Shown here: piece after piece, positions 40,673 through 52,633 of the stretch
How positions within the stretch are numbered: position 1 is the stretch's first letter
Layout of the letters: each line of letters opens with the position of its first letter
From: Macrostomum lignano
Lineage: Eukaryota
Length of the DNA: 64,000 nt
Assembly (NCBI GenBank): GCA_002269645.1
Contig: NIVC01001195.1
Span: 124,001 to 188,000 of the forward strand
Reading direction: 5' to 3'
The notes under the pieces: model-generated
What the model was told of the DNA's origin: nothing
The model's input: only the letters and a program-made list of their open reading frames with translations
Databases searched by the model: none
Position numbers and translations under genes: made by a program

Positions 40673-41901
40673 ATGGCGTCGCGGCTTGGCAATCTGGATC
40701 TTGCTGACACGGTTCATGCATTAACCTGGATTCAGGCATTCAAAGCCTTGGCTCGAACCAAGAAGTGGGAAGATAAAGAGGCAGATCGACAAATCATGGA
40801 CAACTTTTTAGCGCTCTGTGGACTAGCAGCTCTCGAAAAAGTTACTCATTTTGTCGCACCGAAAGAAGTGGAAGCACACACCTTTGCGGAGCTGGAGACT
40901 GCCATTACGAACTTTCTGCAACCCCAAAAGCACCTTGTCGTTGCTGAGAGAACTAAATTCTTCACGCTACTTCAGGCTGCCGATGAGCCCATCACGGAGT
41001 TTCTTTCTCGCTTGAGAAAGGGGGCCACGCACTGCGAGTTCGATGCTCTAAAAACCTGCACCAGCCTGGAAGAGGAAATGGTACGTCTGATGCTCATCTC
41101 TGGCCAACAGAACCCAGAACATCAACGACGCATTCTGGGAGCCATGCAAAAGAAAGACTTGAAGAACACCGAAATCGTGGATATAGTCAGGACTATCGAA
41201 CAAGTGACGAAGTTCGGAGACAGCAGGGATCTTCCAAACGCTGACACAGAGCCTACCCAAAAAGGACACTCCATCAACTTCGCAGGGGAGCTCGGCAGCA
41301 TCGAGGCGGTAGCGTGACCATGTCCCATGAACGGCACATAGACGACTGCAAGTTTTGTGGCAGATCTCACCCAGCTGGCAAATGCCCGGCTTTCGGCAAG
41401 ACATGCAACAATTGCAACAAGCGCAACCACATTAGATCCGTGTGCCGCTTCAGTGGCGTCAAACAGGTCAACCATATGGACACGAAACTTGTAACCTCGG
41501 ACTCCGACGCCTCTGATGTACTCCATCTGACAGACGTAGATCTCATCCATGCTGTTTCGGTAACGACAAAAACTGTGCTGATCAACGGTGTCGCTATTCC
41601 GATGCAGATCGCCACCGGAGCTTCAGTTTCAGTGCTTTCTAGCCACCGCTGGGAATCGCTGCAATGCCCCAAATTGGACAAGTATCATCGGCGACTCGAG
41701 GCATATGATGACCACATCCGAAAGACATTGGGAAAGCTGTCTACCACCGTGGGGATGCGCGGTCGCATTCATCCAGCTAAGCTGATGGTGGTTTCATCTT
41801 CAAAGACATTCGGCCTGCTAGGATGCGATCTTCTAGATGGTGCAACGGCTGCGAGTTGCTACCTAATTAATAGAACTCTCCCTTCCCGACTGACGCTTTA
41901 G
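40673..41901 (+). mobile_element. Ty3/gypsy element 2: gag and protease only, 3'-truncated
   Basis: PBS-like TGGCGTCGCGG overlapping the ATG after ...CTACA; VVAERTKFF, FLSRLRKGATHCEF, CKFCGRSHPAGKCPAFGKTCNNCNKRNH knuckles, QIATGASVS degenerate protease. Confidence 0.88.
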
Positions 41902-41959
41902 GCGCAAAAACTCCTTCTGCTTCCCACCACATCGTAGGGTGCCCGTCGCACCCTATCTG

Positions 41960-42190
41960 CTACCCCTAACAGCAGCTAATAAGAATACCTTAGAGCTTCA
42001 TAGAAAGCATTACCTGGCGGTCGCTCGGCGCTCGGCCCTTTGTTGCGTATGGCGCCGTCCGGTACGCCTGCATCCCCTCGTCCAGAGCCTCGCGCCAGTC
42101 TTTGTTTTCATCGATGGCGGCACGAATGACCCTGTTGATCGATCTCTTCAGGCGCTCGGTCATGCCGTTGGCAGCCGCATGTAGCAGATT
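41960..42190 (-). mobile_element. Ty3/gypsy element 4 integrase, downstream part
   Basis: HAAANGMTERLKRSINRVIRAA...WREAL...AYRTAPYATKGRAPS. Confidence 0.85.
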
Positions 42191-45100
42191 TGTTGTATTA
42201 TTGGTGTGCCAGCTCTTGTGCTGAGAAAAGAAAATGATCAGCATCTGGGGCTGCGACTTACTTATCTGTATATTTGAGCACGGCTGAGCCATAGATTTAA
42301 AATAAGCATTTGCATTTGCATTCGTTGAGAATACCATATCTCTCCCCCCTTTGAAGAAATACAGTCAGACCAACCAAAAATTGTTCAGGGATCGTTGCCC
42401 ACATTATTCAGGCACGAATCTCTCCGGCGGCTTTGGATTCTGTCGGAGACCGATTCCTCGTTGTCGATCCCTCACTGTAGGCTCTACCTTTACTGGCTGG
42501 TTTGCTGCTTTGAGCCTTGAGGGAACCTCCGTGTCGCATTTTTTACTGAGGAGTCTTTCCTCTCTTTAGTCGCGAGAAGTTCCTTCGCACTATACTGTAG
42601 TCTTTGGTTTGAATCCTCACAGTCGTGCCATTGGTCCCGACGACCGTTCCTGGTTGCACTTCATAAGGCTGTTCGTACTTGCTGTTGCGAAATTCTCGTC
42701 TCCAGATGACTTGATTGCCAGGGCAGAACATCTTCTGGTACTTGGCTGGTCCGTCTTCTGCCATTTTCCGTTTGTACTCGTCATCACGAGCTTTGATGTC
42801 GCTGTTCGGAGTCATGGCTCTCCTCTCCGGAATTGGTAACTTTCTGTGAATTACCTCTTAAAGAATAGCATCCCTGGGGATTCTCCAGTCGCGCGGATCG
42901 GTGAAGATCTGAAGCTGTACAGTAACCGTCCAAGTTCTTGTTTCAGGTTCTTCCTTTCCCGACTGCAGATCTGCAGGGTCTTGTTCAGAGTTCTGTTGAA
43001 GCGTTCCACTTCTGCGTTGCCACGAGGCCAGTATGGGGTGCTCTTTCGGTTCTTCACGTTGAATTCTCGCGTTAGATTCTTGAATTCTTCGGATATGAAC
43101 TGTGGACCATTGTCTGTGATTAATTCTTCTGGTGCACCGTACGAGTGAAATACTTCCTTCATTTTATTGGTCACCTCCGTCGCATCAGCCTTCGGCAACA
43201 CATAAAGTAGCGGATAGCGAGAATAGTAGTCCACGATGACTAATAGTGTTTTTTCCAGACGGAAGAGGACCTTTTAAATAGGTACCTATTAGCTTCCAGG
43301 CTCCTTCTGGTAGCTCCGTCGGAATGATTGATGGTTTGATATTTCCGGAAGTGCTCTTGAGCAGCTTTCACAGTTCACATGATGATACGAAGTTCTGTAC
43401 ATCTTCCGCCATCAGAGGCTACCAAACGCATATTTTAAGCCGCTCAGTGATTTTGGTGATTCCCAAGTGCCCTTCGTGCATTGTCTCTAACACTGCCATA
43501 ACAGACTTTCTCGGAACTACATAACGGTCTTGGTACAACAGGACTCCATTTGTGCTGGAAAGTTGGCTTCCGGCGTTGTAATACGTGTTGGCCTTACTCC
43601 AGTGCCCCGTTTGTAGCGATCTCAAAGCTGATTAAATCCACGGGTCGTCTTTCGAATCGTTCTCAATGTCACTTTCAGAGATTCCCCAATATTGAGCTTC
43701 TGTAGAAATTTGCTGGATGAGACGTTCGTCTGCCTTGACACTTGATGCTTTGGGTTTCTCCACGTTCATTGGTTGTCTAGATAAATAGTCTGCCTCGTTC
43801 GCCTCTCCTGGTTCGTACTTTAATTTGAAATTAAAGTGCTGGAGGCGCATCGCCCATCTCTCGATTCTCGGAGGCGGTTTGGAACCTGGGCGAAAACAAC
43901 CAAGCAGTGGCTTGTGATCAGTAATAACCGTGAATTCTAGAGCGCCCAGTAGATAGATCTGAAACTTTCACACGCCCATTTTATTGCCAATGCCTCGCGC
44001 TCGGTCTGGCTGTACCTTCTTTCGACGTCGCTTAGCGTCCTGCTTGCGTGCATACCGGACTGATGGTGCCTCGACTGTCTGTTTGGGTTAGAAAGCCCAG
44101 AGACCCACCGGTGAAGCGTCGACTCGCAGTTCGATTATTTTTGAAGTGTCGAAGTAGGCCAGTGTTTCTGAGGTAGAAGTTCGTTTGATGATTTCTGCAA
44201 AGGCTTCCTTCTGTGTTGTGCTCCAATTCCAGTTGACCTGCGTTAACTTCTGAATCGGTTCTGCGATGGTCGCCAAGTTAAGGATGAAGCGTGAGACGAA
44301 TTGCACTAGGCCCATGAATGACCTTACCTCACTGGGATTTGTAGGATCTTTGAAAGTCCGAATGGCTTGCACCTTTGCGTCACCAATTCGCAATCCCTTG
44401 CGAGTCAGTAGCATTCCCATGAAGGTTATTTAAATCCACTGATAACTTGCGCTTATCCTTCCCGATGGTTATGTTTTTCTCTTTCAGTCGTTGCAGGACT
44501 TTTCTCAAGCGGTCATTGTGCTCTTCCAAAGTACCACCGTAAATCCCGATGTCATCCTGGATATTCAGAACTCCTGAAATGCCAGCAAGAACTCGTTGCA
44601 TTTTCGATTGCAGTGCAAACGATGAGTTCACCCAACCCATTGTTAGTCTCTTGTATCTCATAAGTGGCCAGTCTTTCAAGCCTTTTGAGAATGTCGTGAG
44701 CATCCTGGAGTCTTCGTGTAGTTCTAGCTGATGAAACATTTTGTTGCATCCAAGTAGGCGAAGTACTTAGCATCGCCAACGTTAATCAGTACGTGTTCGT
44801 CGATGCTGGGCAGTGGGTAGTGTTCCTTTCTAGTAGCCTTGTTTAGGTCTCTGAGATCAACCGTGGCTCTCAATTTACCGTTAGCCTTCGGAACAGCCAC
44901 TAATCTTGACACCCATTCAGTAGTTCCCTTGACTGGCTCGATTATGTCTTCTCTTAACTGCCCTTCTAGTTCTTCGCGCAGTTTCTGGTGAAGGTGTGCT
45001 GGTATACGCGATGGTGGATGAACAATAGGATTAGCGTTCTTCTTCAGGTGAATCTTAACTTTGCCGTCTTTCAGCTTTCCTATTCCACGGAAGATATTCT

Positions 45101-46604
45101 TGAACTCTTCCAGAATCACTTGCGTTGGCTGCTGAATGTTCTCGATGTGAAGGCAGCTTTTATCCGAGCCCCATGTCAGGAAACCGTGCTTGAAGGCGTC
45201 GTCAAATCCAATGATAGTGCGTGCACCCTTTACTGGAGTTATGTGAAACTTCATTTGCTGTGTACTTTCGTTGAGAGTAACTTCCAGATGTACTATGCCT
45301 TGGGTTTCGATGGGGATCCTGGCCCCGTACGACCAAATCTTGATACGTGATCTCGAGTTGATCTGATCCGGACTCACCATTTCAGCAACTGTGTTGTAGG
45401 ATATTAGATTTAGATTGAGCCCGAGTCAATTAGTACATCGCATTTTCTGCCGTTGAAGACAGCTTGCTTTGTTGCACCGTTCTTCTTCGCGTTGACGCTT
45501 GCTATCGTATGAATCTCCTCTAAGTCTGACGATTCAGTCACGCCTAATTCTTTCGTTTCGTAAACTTGAAGTTTACTTTTGGTAGGTAGTTTGGTTCTGC
45601 ACACCTTGGCATGATGTCCCACCTTGTTGCACTTCTTGCAAGTATCTTTGCGCGCATAGCAATTTTCTGCTGTGTGTGAGCTTCTTCCACAGCGGCTACA
45701 GACATCGCGAGCACTGGAATTTCTTCTGGGAAAATGCTTGCTGCCGATTCCAGTTTTTTTTCGATTTAGGGAATATTCTTAGTCCTTTTGACTGTCCAAC
45801 TGCATTTATGGTGCTTGGGTCGGAGACGTGCTTTTCAATGACGCCGCTCTGGCTGTTCGTCGATTCGAAGCACCTTCCAATCTCGATGGCTCTCTTCAGA
45901 GTCAGAGTTGACCCTTCTTGGATGAGCTTCCGTCTGAGGCTGTTTGAGTTGCAGTTTAGGACAAGATCGCGAATTATTCATACGACAGTTTGGTTGTTGC
46001 ATCAGTGGTTGATACCTCAAGATCGCAGTATTTCGCTGCTTCCCGCAGTCGGCCATGGAAAGAGTCAATGGCCTCACCTTCCTTTTGCTTGATTTGCAGC
46101 AGGTTGAAGGTTTCGTATACCACGTTTGTTCCGTCCTTGAAGTACTCGTTCAGTCGGGTCTGAGCCGTTTTGAAGTCAGATCCTGTGTTGTCCAGGTTCT
46201 CCAGTATTTTTCGAATTTTCGCACCGGCACAGAGCAGAAATGCAGATCGCTTTCGTTTGTCGTCTGTTATTCCGCAGGTGTCCAACCACAGCGTGATTTC
46301 CTGCAGGTAGTCCTCCCATCTTTTCACCACGTTCGATGGATCCTTTTCCGGGTCGAACGGAGATGGCTGAGGTAGTAGGCTCATCTTTGGTGTGCCGCCT
46401 CTGCCCTGCAGCGGAGATGCACTTTCGGGCCAAGTGCGCTTTTACCGCTGCCACCAATGTTGTATTATTGGTGTGCTAGCTCTTGTGCTGAGAAAAAAAA
46501 TGATCAGCCTCTGGGGCTGCAACTTACTTATCTGTATATTTGAGCATAGCTGAGCCATAGATATAAAATAAGCATTTGCATTTGCATTCGTTGAGAATAC
46601 AATA
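42191..46604 (-). mobile_element. Full-length Ty3/gypsy element 3 (gag-PR-RT-RH-IN) with ~148-bp LTRs, PBS, PPT and 5-bp TSD; ORFs disrupted
   Basis: LTRs 46458-46604 and 42191-42338 (~8 differences); PBS TGGTGGCAGCGG at 46456-46445; PPT AAAGGGGGAGAGA next to the 3' LTR; AGATT on both flanks. Motifs LIDSGS, WVSRLVAVPK, IQDDI, VDASPVGL, TDNGPQF, NAEVERFN. Confidence 0.95.
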
Positions 46605-47190
46605 AGATTGATGGCCTGATGCCAGATTCCGAAGCTTCTGAGGAAGTCCTTGAACTGTCGGGACGAGAACGGAGGTCCATTATCTGTAACGATCTCCTTC
46701 GGGATGCCGAAACAGCCGAATGACCCACGCAGCCGTGGGACGATGGCGTTCGCAGTTTTAGACCGCAGGACTTGAACCTCTGGGTACTAGGAGTACGAGC
46801 TAGTGATCCACTCAGAGGAGCAGCATCTTGTTCTGAATCGGGCCCAGCAGGTCGGCGCCAATTGACAGCCAGGCGCCCTAGGGTATTTTGGATGGTTGCA
46901 AAGGCGTCGCGCCTACCGTTGGTGAGTGTGACGACTCGACACAGCTCAGGCATCGACATCGGCGCTCATTTTTGGCCACCAGACCTTGCTGTTCAGCCTG
47001 GCCAATGTCTTTCGGAGTCCCAGATGCCCTGTGTGTGCGAGTCGCAGCATTGTGTGCCTGGGGCTGCTTGGGACGACGATTCTGTTCGATCGCAGCAGCA
47101 ATCCGTCTTCCTCTGTTAGATCGTTTTGCAGTTGCGTGGAGCGACCTCATCTCAGGGTTGCTGAGGTCCCAACGAGCTGTGTCCGCTAGA
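46605..47190 (-). mobile_element. Ty3/gypsy element 4 integrase, upstream part (host of element 3)
   Basis: HTGHLG / WWPKM Zn-finger region and EIVTDNGPPFSSRQFKDFLRSFGIWH, continuing in frame across the insertion. Confidence 0.85.
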
Positions 47191-49370
47191 AACAAAAAAA
47201 TTGAAGCAACTTGGGCTCGACTCGATTCCGGGATAATTTACATGGATGTACTGTGGCGCCGCTTGGCGAGACTCATCAACTATCTCTGACTCGCCTTGCG
47301 TATCTGCGTACTTAATATCTAGTGTACTCATTACCAATGTACTTAGTGTGCACGCGCGGCACGTTGCATCTTTCTATCTACATGCTAAAGCTTAAAGTTT
47401 GATCGCGCTGTACTCGTAATGTAGGCGGCATGTTGCCGTCGGTCGTTTTCAAGTTAATGTAAAGGTCGGTTTGGCTATCAGTTGCAGTCTCGTATTCTAT
47501 GCTCAGCTAAGAGCTCTCTTAAATAGAAAAGAGTCCTTCTTATTGCTACGACACGACAGCCTGGGTTTAGAAGAAACAGCCTGGGTTGTTGAGCAACATG
47601 CCTGTGTAGACTGACCTCAAGGCTCACAGCTTGTCCTCTGCCTAACAATGGGGCAATCATACTTGAGAAGGAATTAGACCCGTAAAGCGACAGCAGCTGA
47701 AAGATTCCGGGGACTTTTAGTATAATGGATTGTTACTGTATTGTTTATGAAGAAAAATTGTTAGAATGACTACTACTACATGTACGACTACGAGTAAGTG
47801 GGAAGTCGGCCGAAATGGGCCACAACCACAATGCTAGACTATATATGAGTAATCTGGTCAGTGCTGGAAACAAGGACTTGTTGTATTTGTGATTCTTTAT
47901 CAATTTGTATTCTTTTTTTAATCATTGCAGACAGTAAGCAAGGCAACACAAACAAAGAGCGACCTTCATATTGTAGCCATATGACGCCTTCTATGTTTTA
48001 GCAGTGCTATCAATAGATTGATGTTGTCTATGGAAACACAATCCTGTAATTGTTATGTTTTAAACTGCGATGACTAAAGAGAGCCACAGATAATATACGC
48101 TCGTAAGAATTTGGTTGCACGCTCTAAGAGAGAGACAGCTGAAATCTCAAATCCCCAAAGCAGCATTTGGTTTCCTAAGTTACCCAATTGGATAAGAAGA
48201 CCAACACGTATCGAAAACGTATTGGACATGGAAATGGAGTTGGAAATATCAGAGTAGTTAAGTCTGATTAGTTTTGTTGGTTTAGTCTGGGTTTTTGTTA
48301 GGCTAGTTTAGTTTAGGCTAGTTTAGTTTAGGTTAGTTGATTAGCCGCAGGCGCTGGGGAGGCATTCGCCCCACGGTCCAGGTCGAGTGCAGCTACAGGC
48401 AACATGGGGGATGGGGGGCATATTCGAATAAGTGACCTGTTTCTATTGCTACTCAATGAAACGGCCTAACGAATAACGTTCTGGAGTGACTTTCAGGAGC
48501 TCTTCGAAGCGAGACAGGCAACAATGGTAAAAGCAAAGCCACCCAGATAGATAGCAGCCTCGATGCAGTGAAGATGGAGGTGGACAACTCAGACAGTCAC
48601 ACCTGACTCTGATTTCTGATTTCTCAAAATTTTCTAGCGAAAATTCTCAGTGTGCGCCTTGTGCTCTGGCAAAACGGCTGCGAAACATGGTGCGTTCAAG
48701 AGCGACTCGAACTAATCCATCTTCGATCGAAACTTTCTATAATGTTTCGTTTCAAGTTTTAAATTATTTTAGGACTTACTAAGAAGCTGAAAAATGGCAG
48801 TATTGCATGCATCTTTTCTAGATTACATGTAACACTACACGCAGTACCAAACCAGTTGACCAAATGAAAATCTTCGTCGAAACTGACAATATAGAATGCA
48901 ATTAGTCCACATCTTCGACTATATTTTTAACAGTTAAAAGCAAAGACGACGTTATAAAAATTTCTCGAAATTTCTTCCGGCATAAAGATAGTCAAATAAA
49001 AGACAGTGTGTTAGTACGAGTACTTACTTAAAAATCGTCCGAGATCTCAATAAAAAGCTGCCTTTAGATCTTAGCTATCCTTCTAAATAGTCCCTACTAC
49101 TTACTCCCTATCCCCTACTCTAGGTGTATAAGTATCAGGCCCAATACAAGACGGCTCCTGTAGGCGCGCTATACTGTGGCGGGCTTTTGCGGCCCATCCC
49201 CCAAAAACCAACCCCTCCCACTTTGACTGAAATTCATTCAACTGCCCTAAGCCTCTCAGCCAATAAGAAGAGAGCTGGGGGGAAAGAGAGCCAGCAGAGC
49301 TCATAGATTGTCTCTGGGTTTGGGGCAAGAGGTGAGTTTATCGATCGATCGAAGGAGCCTTATCAATTTA

Positions 49371-50307
49371 NNNNNNNNNNNNNNNNNNNNNNNNNNNNNN
49401 NNNNNNNNNNNNNNNNNNNNNNNNNNNNNNNNNNNNNNNNNNNNNNNNNNNNNNNNNNNNNNNNNNNNNNNNNNNNNNNNNNNNNNNNNNNNNNNNNNNN
49501 NNNNNNNNNNNNNNNNNNNNNNNNNNNNNNNNNNNNNNNNNNNNNNNNNNNNNNNNNNNNNNNNNNNNNNNNNNNNNNNNNNNNNNNNNNNNNNNNNNNN
49601 NNNNNNNNNNNNNNNNNNNNNNNNNNNNNNNNNNNNNNNNNNNNNNNNNNNNNNNNNNNNNNNNNNNNNNNNNNNNNNNNNNNNNNNNNNNNNNNNNNNN
49701 NNNNNNNNNNNNNNNNNNNNNNNNNNNNNNNNNNNNNNNNNNNNNNNNNNNNNNNNNNNNNNNNNNNNNNNNNNNNNNNNNNNNNNNNNNNNNNNNNNNN
49801 NNNNNNNNNNNNNNNNNNNNNNNNNNNNNNNNNNNNNNNNNNNNNNNNNNNNNNNNNNNNNNNNNNNNNNNNNNNNNNNNNNNNNNNNNNNNNNNNNNNN
49901 NNNNNNNNNNNNNNNNNNNNNNNNNNNNNNNNNNNNNNNNNNNNNNNNNNNNNNNNNNNNNNNNNNNNNNNNNNNNNNNNNNNNNNNNNNNNNNNNNNNN
50001 NNNNNNNNNNNNNNNNNNNNNNNNNNNNNNNNNNNNNNNNNNNNNNNNNNNNNNNNNNNNNNNNNNNNNNNNNNNNNNNNNNNNNNNNNNNNNNNNNNNN
50101 NNNNNNNNNNNNNNNNNNNNNNNNNNNNNNNNNNNNNNNNNNNNNNNNNNNNNNNNNNNNNNNNNNNNNNNNNNNNNNNNNNNNNNNNNNNNNNNNNNNN
50201 NNNNNNNNNNNNNNNNNNNNNNNNNNNNNNNNNNNNNNNNNNNNNNNNNNNNNNNNNNNNNNNNNNNNNNNNNNNNNNNNNNNNNNNNNNNNNNNNNNNN
50301 NNNNNNN
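49371..50307. other. Assembly gap (937 N)
   Basis: Run of N. Confidence 1.
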
Positions 50308-52633
50308 GGCGCAGCCGGCGCGCAGGCGCTGCCGCAGCAGGGGTCTGGGACATGCGCGCAAGCAGTTCTTCGCCGGCATCGAGATCAAGTGTGGGCCATC
50401 GCCTGCTTCGCCGCTCAGCGTATTGTGCGCGAGGACTCTCTGAGGCAGTTCACCCAGCAGCTGCAGCGGATCAGCCAGGATGCCGGCATGGCCATAACCG
50501 GCCAGCCCTGCTTCTGCAAGTACGCCAACGCCAGGACCAGGTGGAGCCGATGTTCCGCTACCTGAAAAACACCTTTCAAGGCCTGCAGCTTATTGTGGTT
50601 GTGCTGCCAGGCAAGACGCCTGTAAGGCTTCTTTGATTTGCTTTTTTCAATAAGTTGACATGGTTGAGATGAGGTCTGTTTAGAGAGTCTCTGATTGGTT
50701 GGGATGAGGTCTGTTTAGTCTCTGATTGGTTAGGATGAGGTCTGTTCAGAGTCTCTGATTGGTTAGGATGAGGTCTGTTCAGAGAGTCTCTGATTGGTTA
50801 GGATGAGGTCTGTTCAGAGAGTCTCTGATTGGTTGGTGTGAAGTCTGTGATTGGTTATTGTTTGATTAATTAACCAACCCTCCCCCATTCCCCAGGTGTA
50901 CGCCGAGGTGAAGCGAGTGGGCGACATCCTGTTCGGCCTGGCCACCCAGTGCGTGCAGGCCAAGAACGTGGTGAAAACCTCTCCGCAGACGCTCAGCAAT
51001 CTCTGCCTGAAGATGAACGTCAAACTCGCGGCATCAACTCCATCCTGGTGCCCGCCGTTCGTCCGGGCGTCTTCCGCGAGCCCGTCATCTTCATGGGCGG
51101 CACGTGACCCACCGCCGGCCGGCGACCGCTCCAAGCCGTCCATCGCGGCCGTGGTGGCCAGCATGGACGCCCACCCAGCCGGTACGCCGCCACGGTTCGA
51201 GTCCAGGCCCACAGGGAGGAGCGAATTGTCGAACTGTGCGGCATGACCAGGGAGCTGCTGCTGCAGTTCTACAGGAGCACCCGGTTCAAGCCCACTCGCA
51301 TTGTGTACTTCAGGGACGGCGTTAGCGAGGGCCAGTTTCAGGTGAGTTTGCTTAGGCTTGCGTCACCGCTCTTTTTGCAGTATCGACTCTGCACCCCCAA
51401 TATGTACTTTTACACCATCTCTTTCTCTTATTCCCTCAGACCACCTCCTATCCCCAATTAGTTGTTCCCTTAGACCATCTCTTATCCCCAATTAGGTGTT
51501 CCCTTAGACCACCTCTTATCCCCAATTAGGTGTTCCCTTAGACCATCTGTTATCCCCAATTAGGTGTTCCCTTAGACTACCTCTTATCCCCAATTAGGTG
51601 TTCCCTTAGACCACCTCTTATCCCCAATTAGGTGTTTCGTTAGACCACATCTTATCCTCAATTAGGTGTTCCCTTAGACCACCTCCTATCCCCAATTAGG
51701 TGTTCCCTTAGACCACATCTTACCCCCAATTTGGTGTTCCCTTAGATCACATCTCATCCCCAATTTGGTGTCACAGATCGTCCTTATTCTTATACTATCA
51801 GATTTGCGACATCCCCTCCCCCAGGTGGTCCAGTCGCACGAGCTGCGCGCCCTCCGCGAGGCGTGCACCCGTCTCGAGCTGGACTACCAGCCCGGCATCA
51901 CCTTCGTGGTGGTGCAGAAGCGGCACCACACCCGCCTGTTCTGCGCCGACACCAAAGACAAAATTGGCCGCAGCGGCAACATCCCAGCTGGTACCACTGT
52001 GGATCAGACCATCACGCATCCGACAGAGTTCGACTTCTACCTGTGCAGCCATGCCGGCATTCAGGTGCGATCATTTTAGCTGTTGAAACCCAGGAAATTT
52101 CACTTTCATAGGAGGATCGTGGGCACCCTCGGCGGCAGCATCCCGGTTCTGTCCATTCCACTGACTCCGGAGCAAATACTGTACGCAGACACGCTCACAC
52201 TGGGTGTAAAGTGGCCCTGACTTTCAAATCGTCAAGCATGTACACTTGAGGCCTTTGGGGTTGATCCTCATGGGTGTCCTCATCGGAGCTCACCGCTGAG
52301 CTGCTCTGCTCCCAATTCCAGGGCACCAGCCGGCCGTCTCACTATCACGTGATGTGGGACGACAACAAATTCTCAGCCGACGAGCTGCAGATGCTCACCT
52401 ATCAGCTGTGCCACACGTACGTGCGCTGCACCCGCTCCGTGAGCATCCCGGCCCCGGCTTACTATGCTCACCTGGTGGCTTTCCGGGCCCGCTACCACCT
52501 GGTCGAGAGGGACCAGGTTGACATTGGCGAGGGCTCGCAGAAGAGCGGCAGCTCGGATGAGAGGAACCCGGCCACCATGCTGCGGGCCATCACCGTGCAC
52601 CCGGAGACCATGCGGGTCATGTACTTTGCATAA
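50308..52633 (+). CDS. AGO: Argonaute, AGO clade (MID and PIWI domains); 5' half lost in the gap; about 8 single-base deletions in the first two visible exons
   Basis: Exons 50308-50621, 50896-51341, 51825-52064 and 52322-52633. Motifs GVWDMR, VLPGKTP|[65 protein letters not shown]|[34 protein letters not shown]-terminal MYFA*. Confidence 0.95.
50660..50855. repeat. 31-35-bp minisatellite in AGO intron (GGATGAGGTCTGTTCAGAGAGTCTCTGATTGGTTA)
   Basis: 5-6 copies. Confidence 0.92.
51440..51770. repeat. ~34-bp minisatellite in AGO intron (CCCCAATTAGGTGTTCCCTTAGACCACCTCTTAT)
   Basis: About 10 copies. Confidence 0.94.

Noticed and set aside
49301-50636. ORFs of 341-442 aa spanning 49.3-50.6 kb
   Set aside because: They run through the N gap
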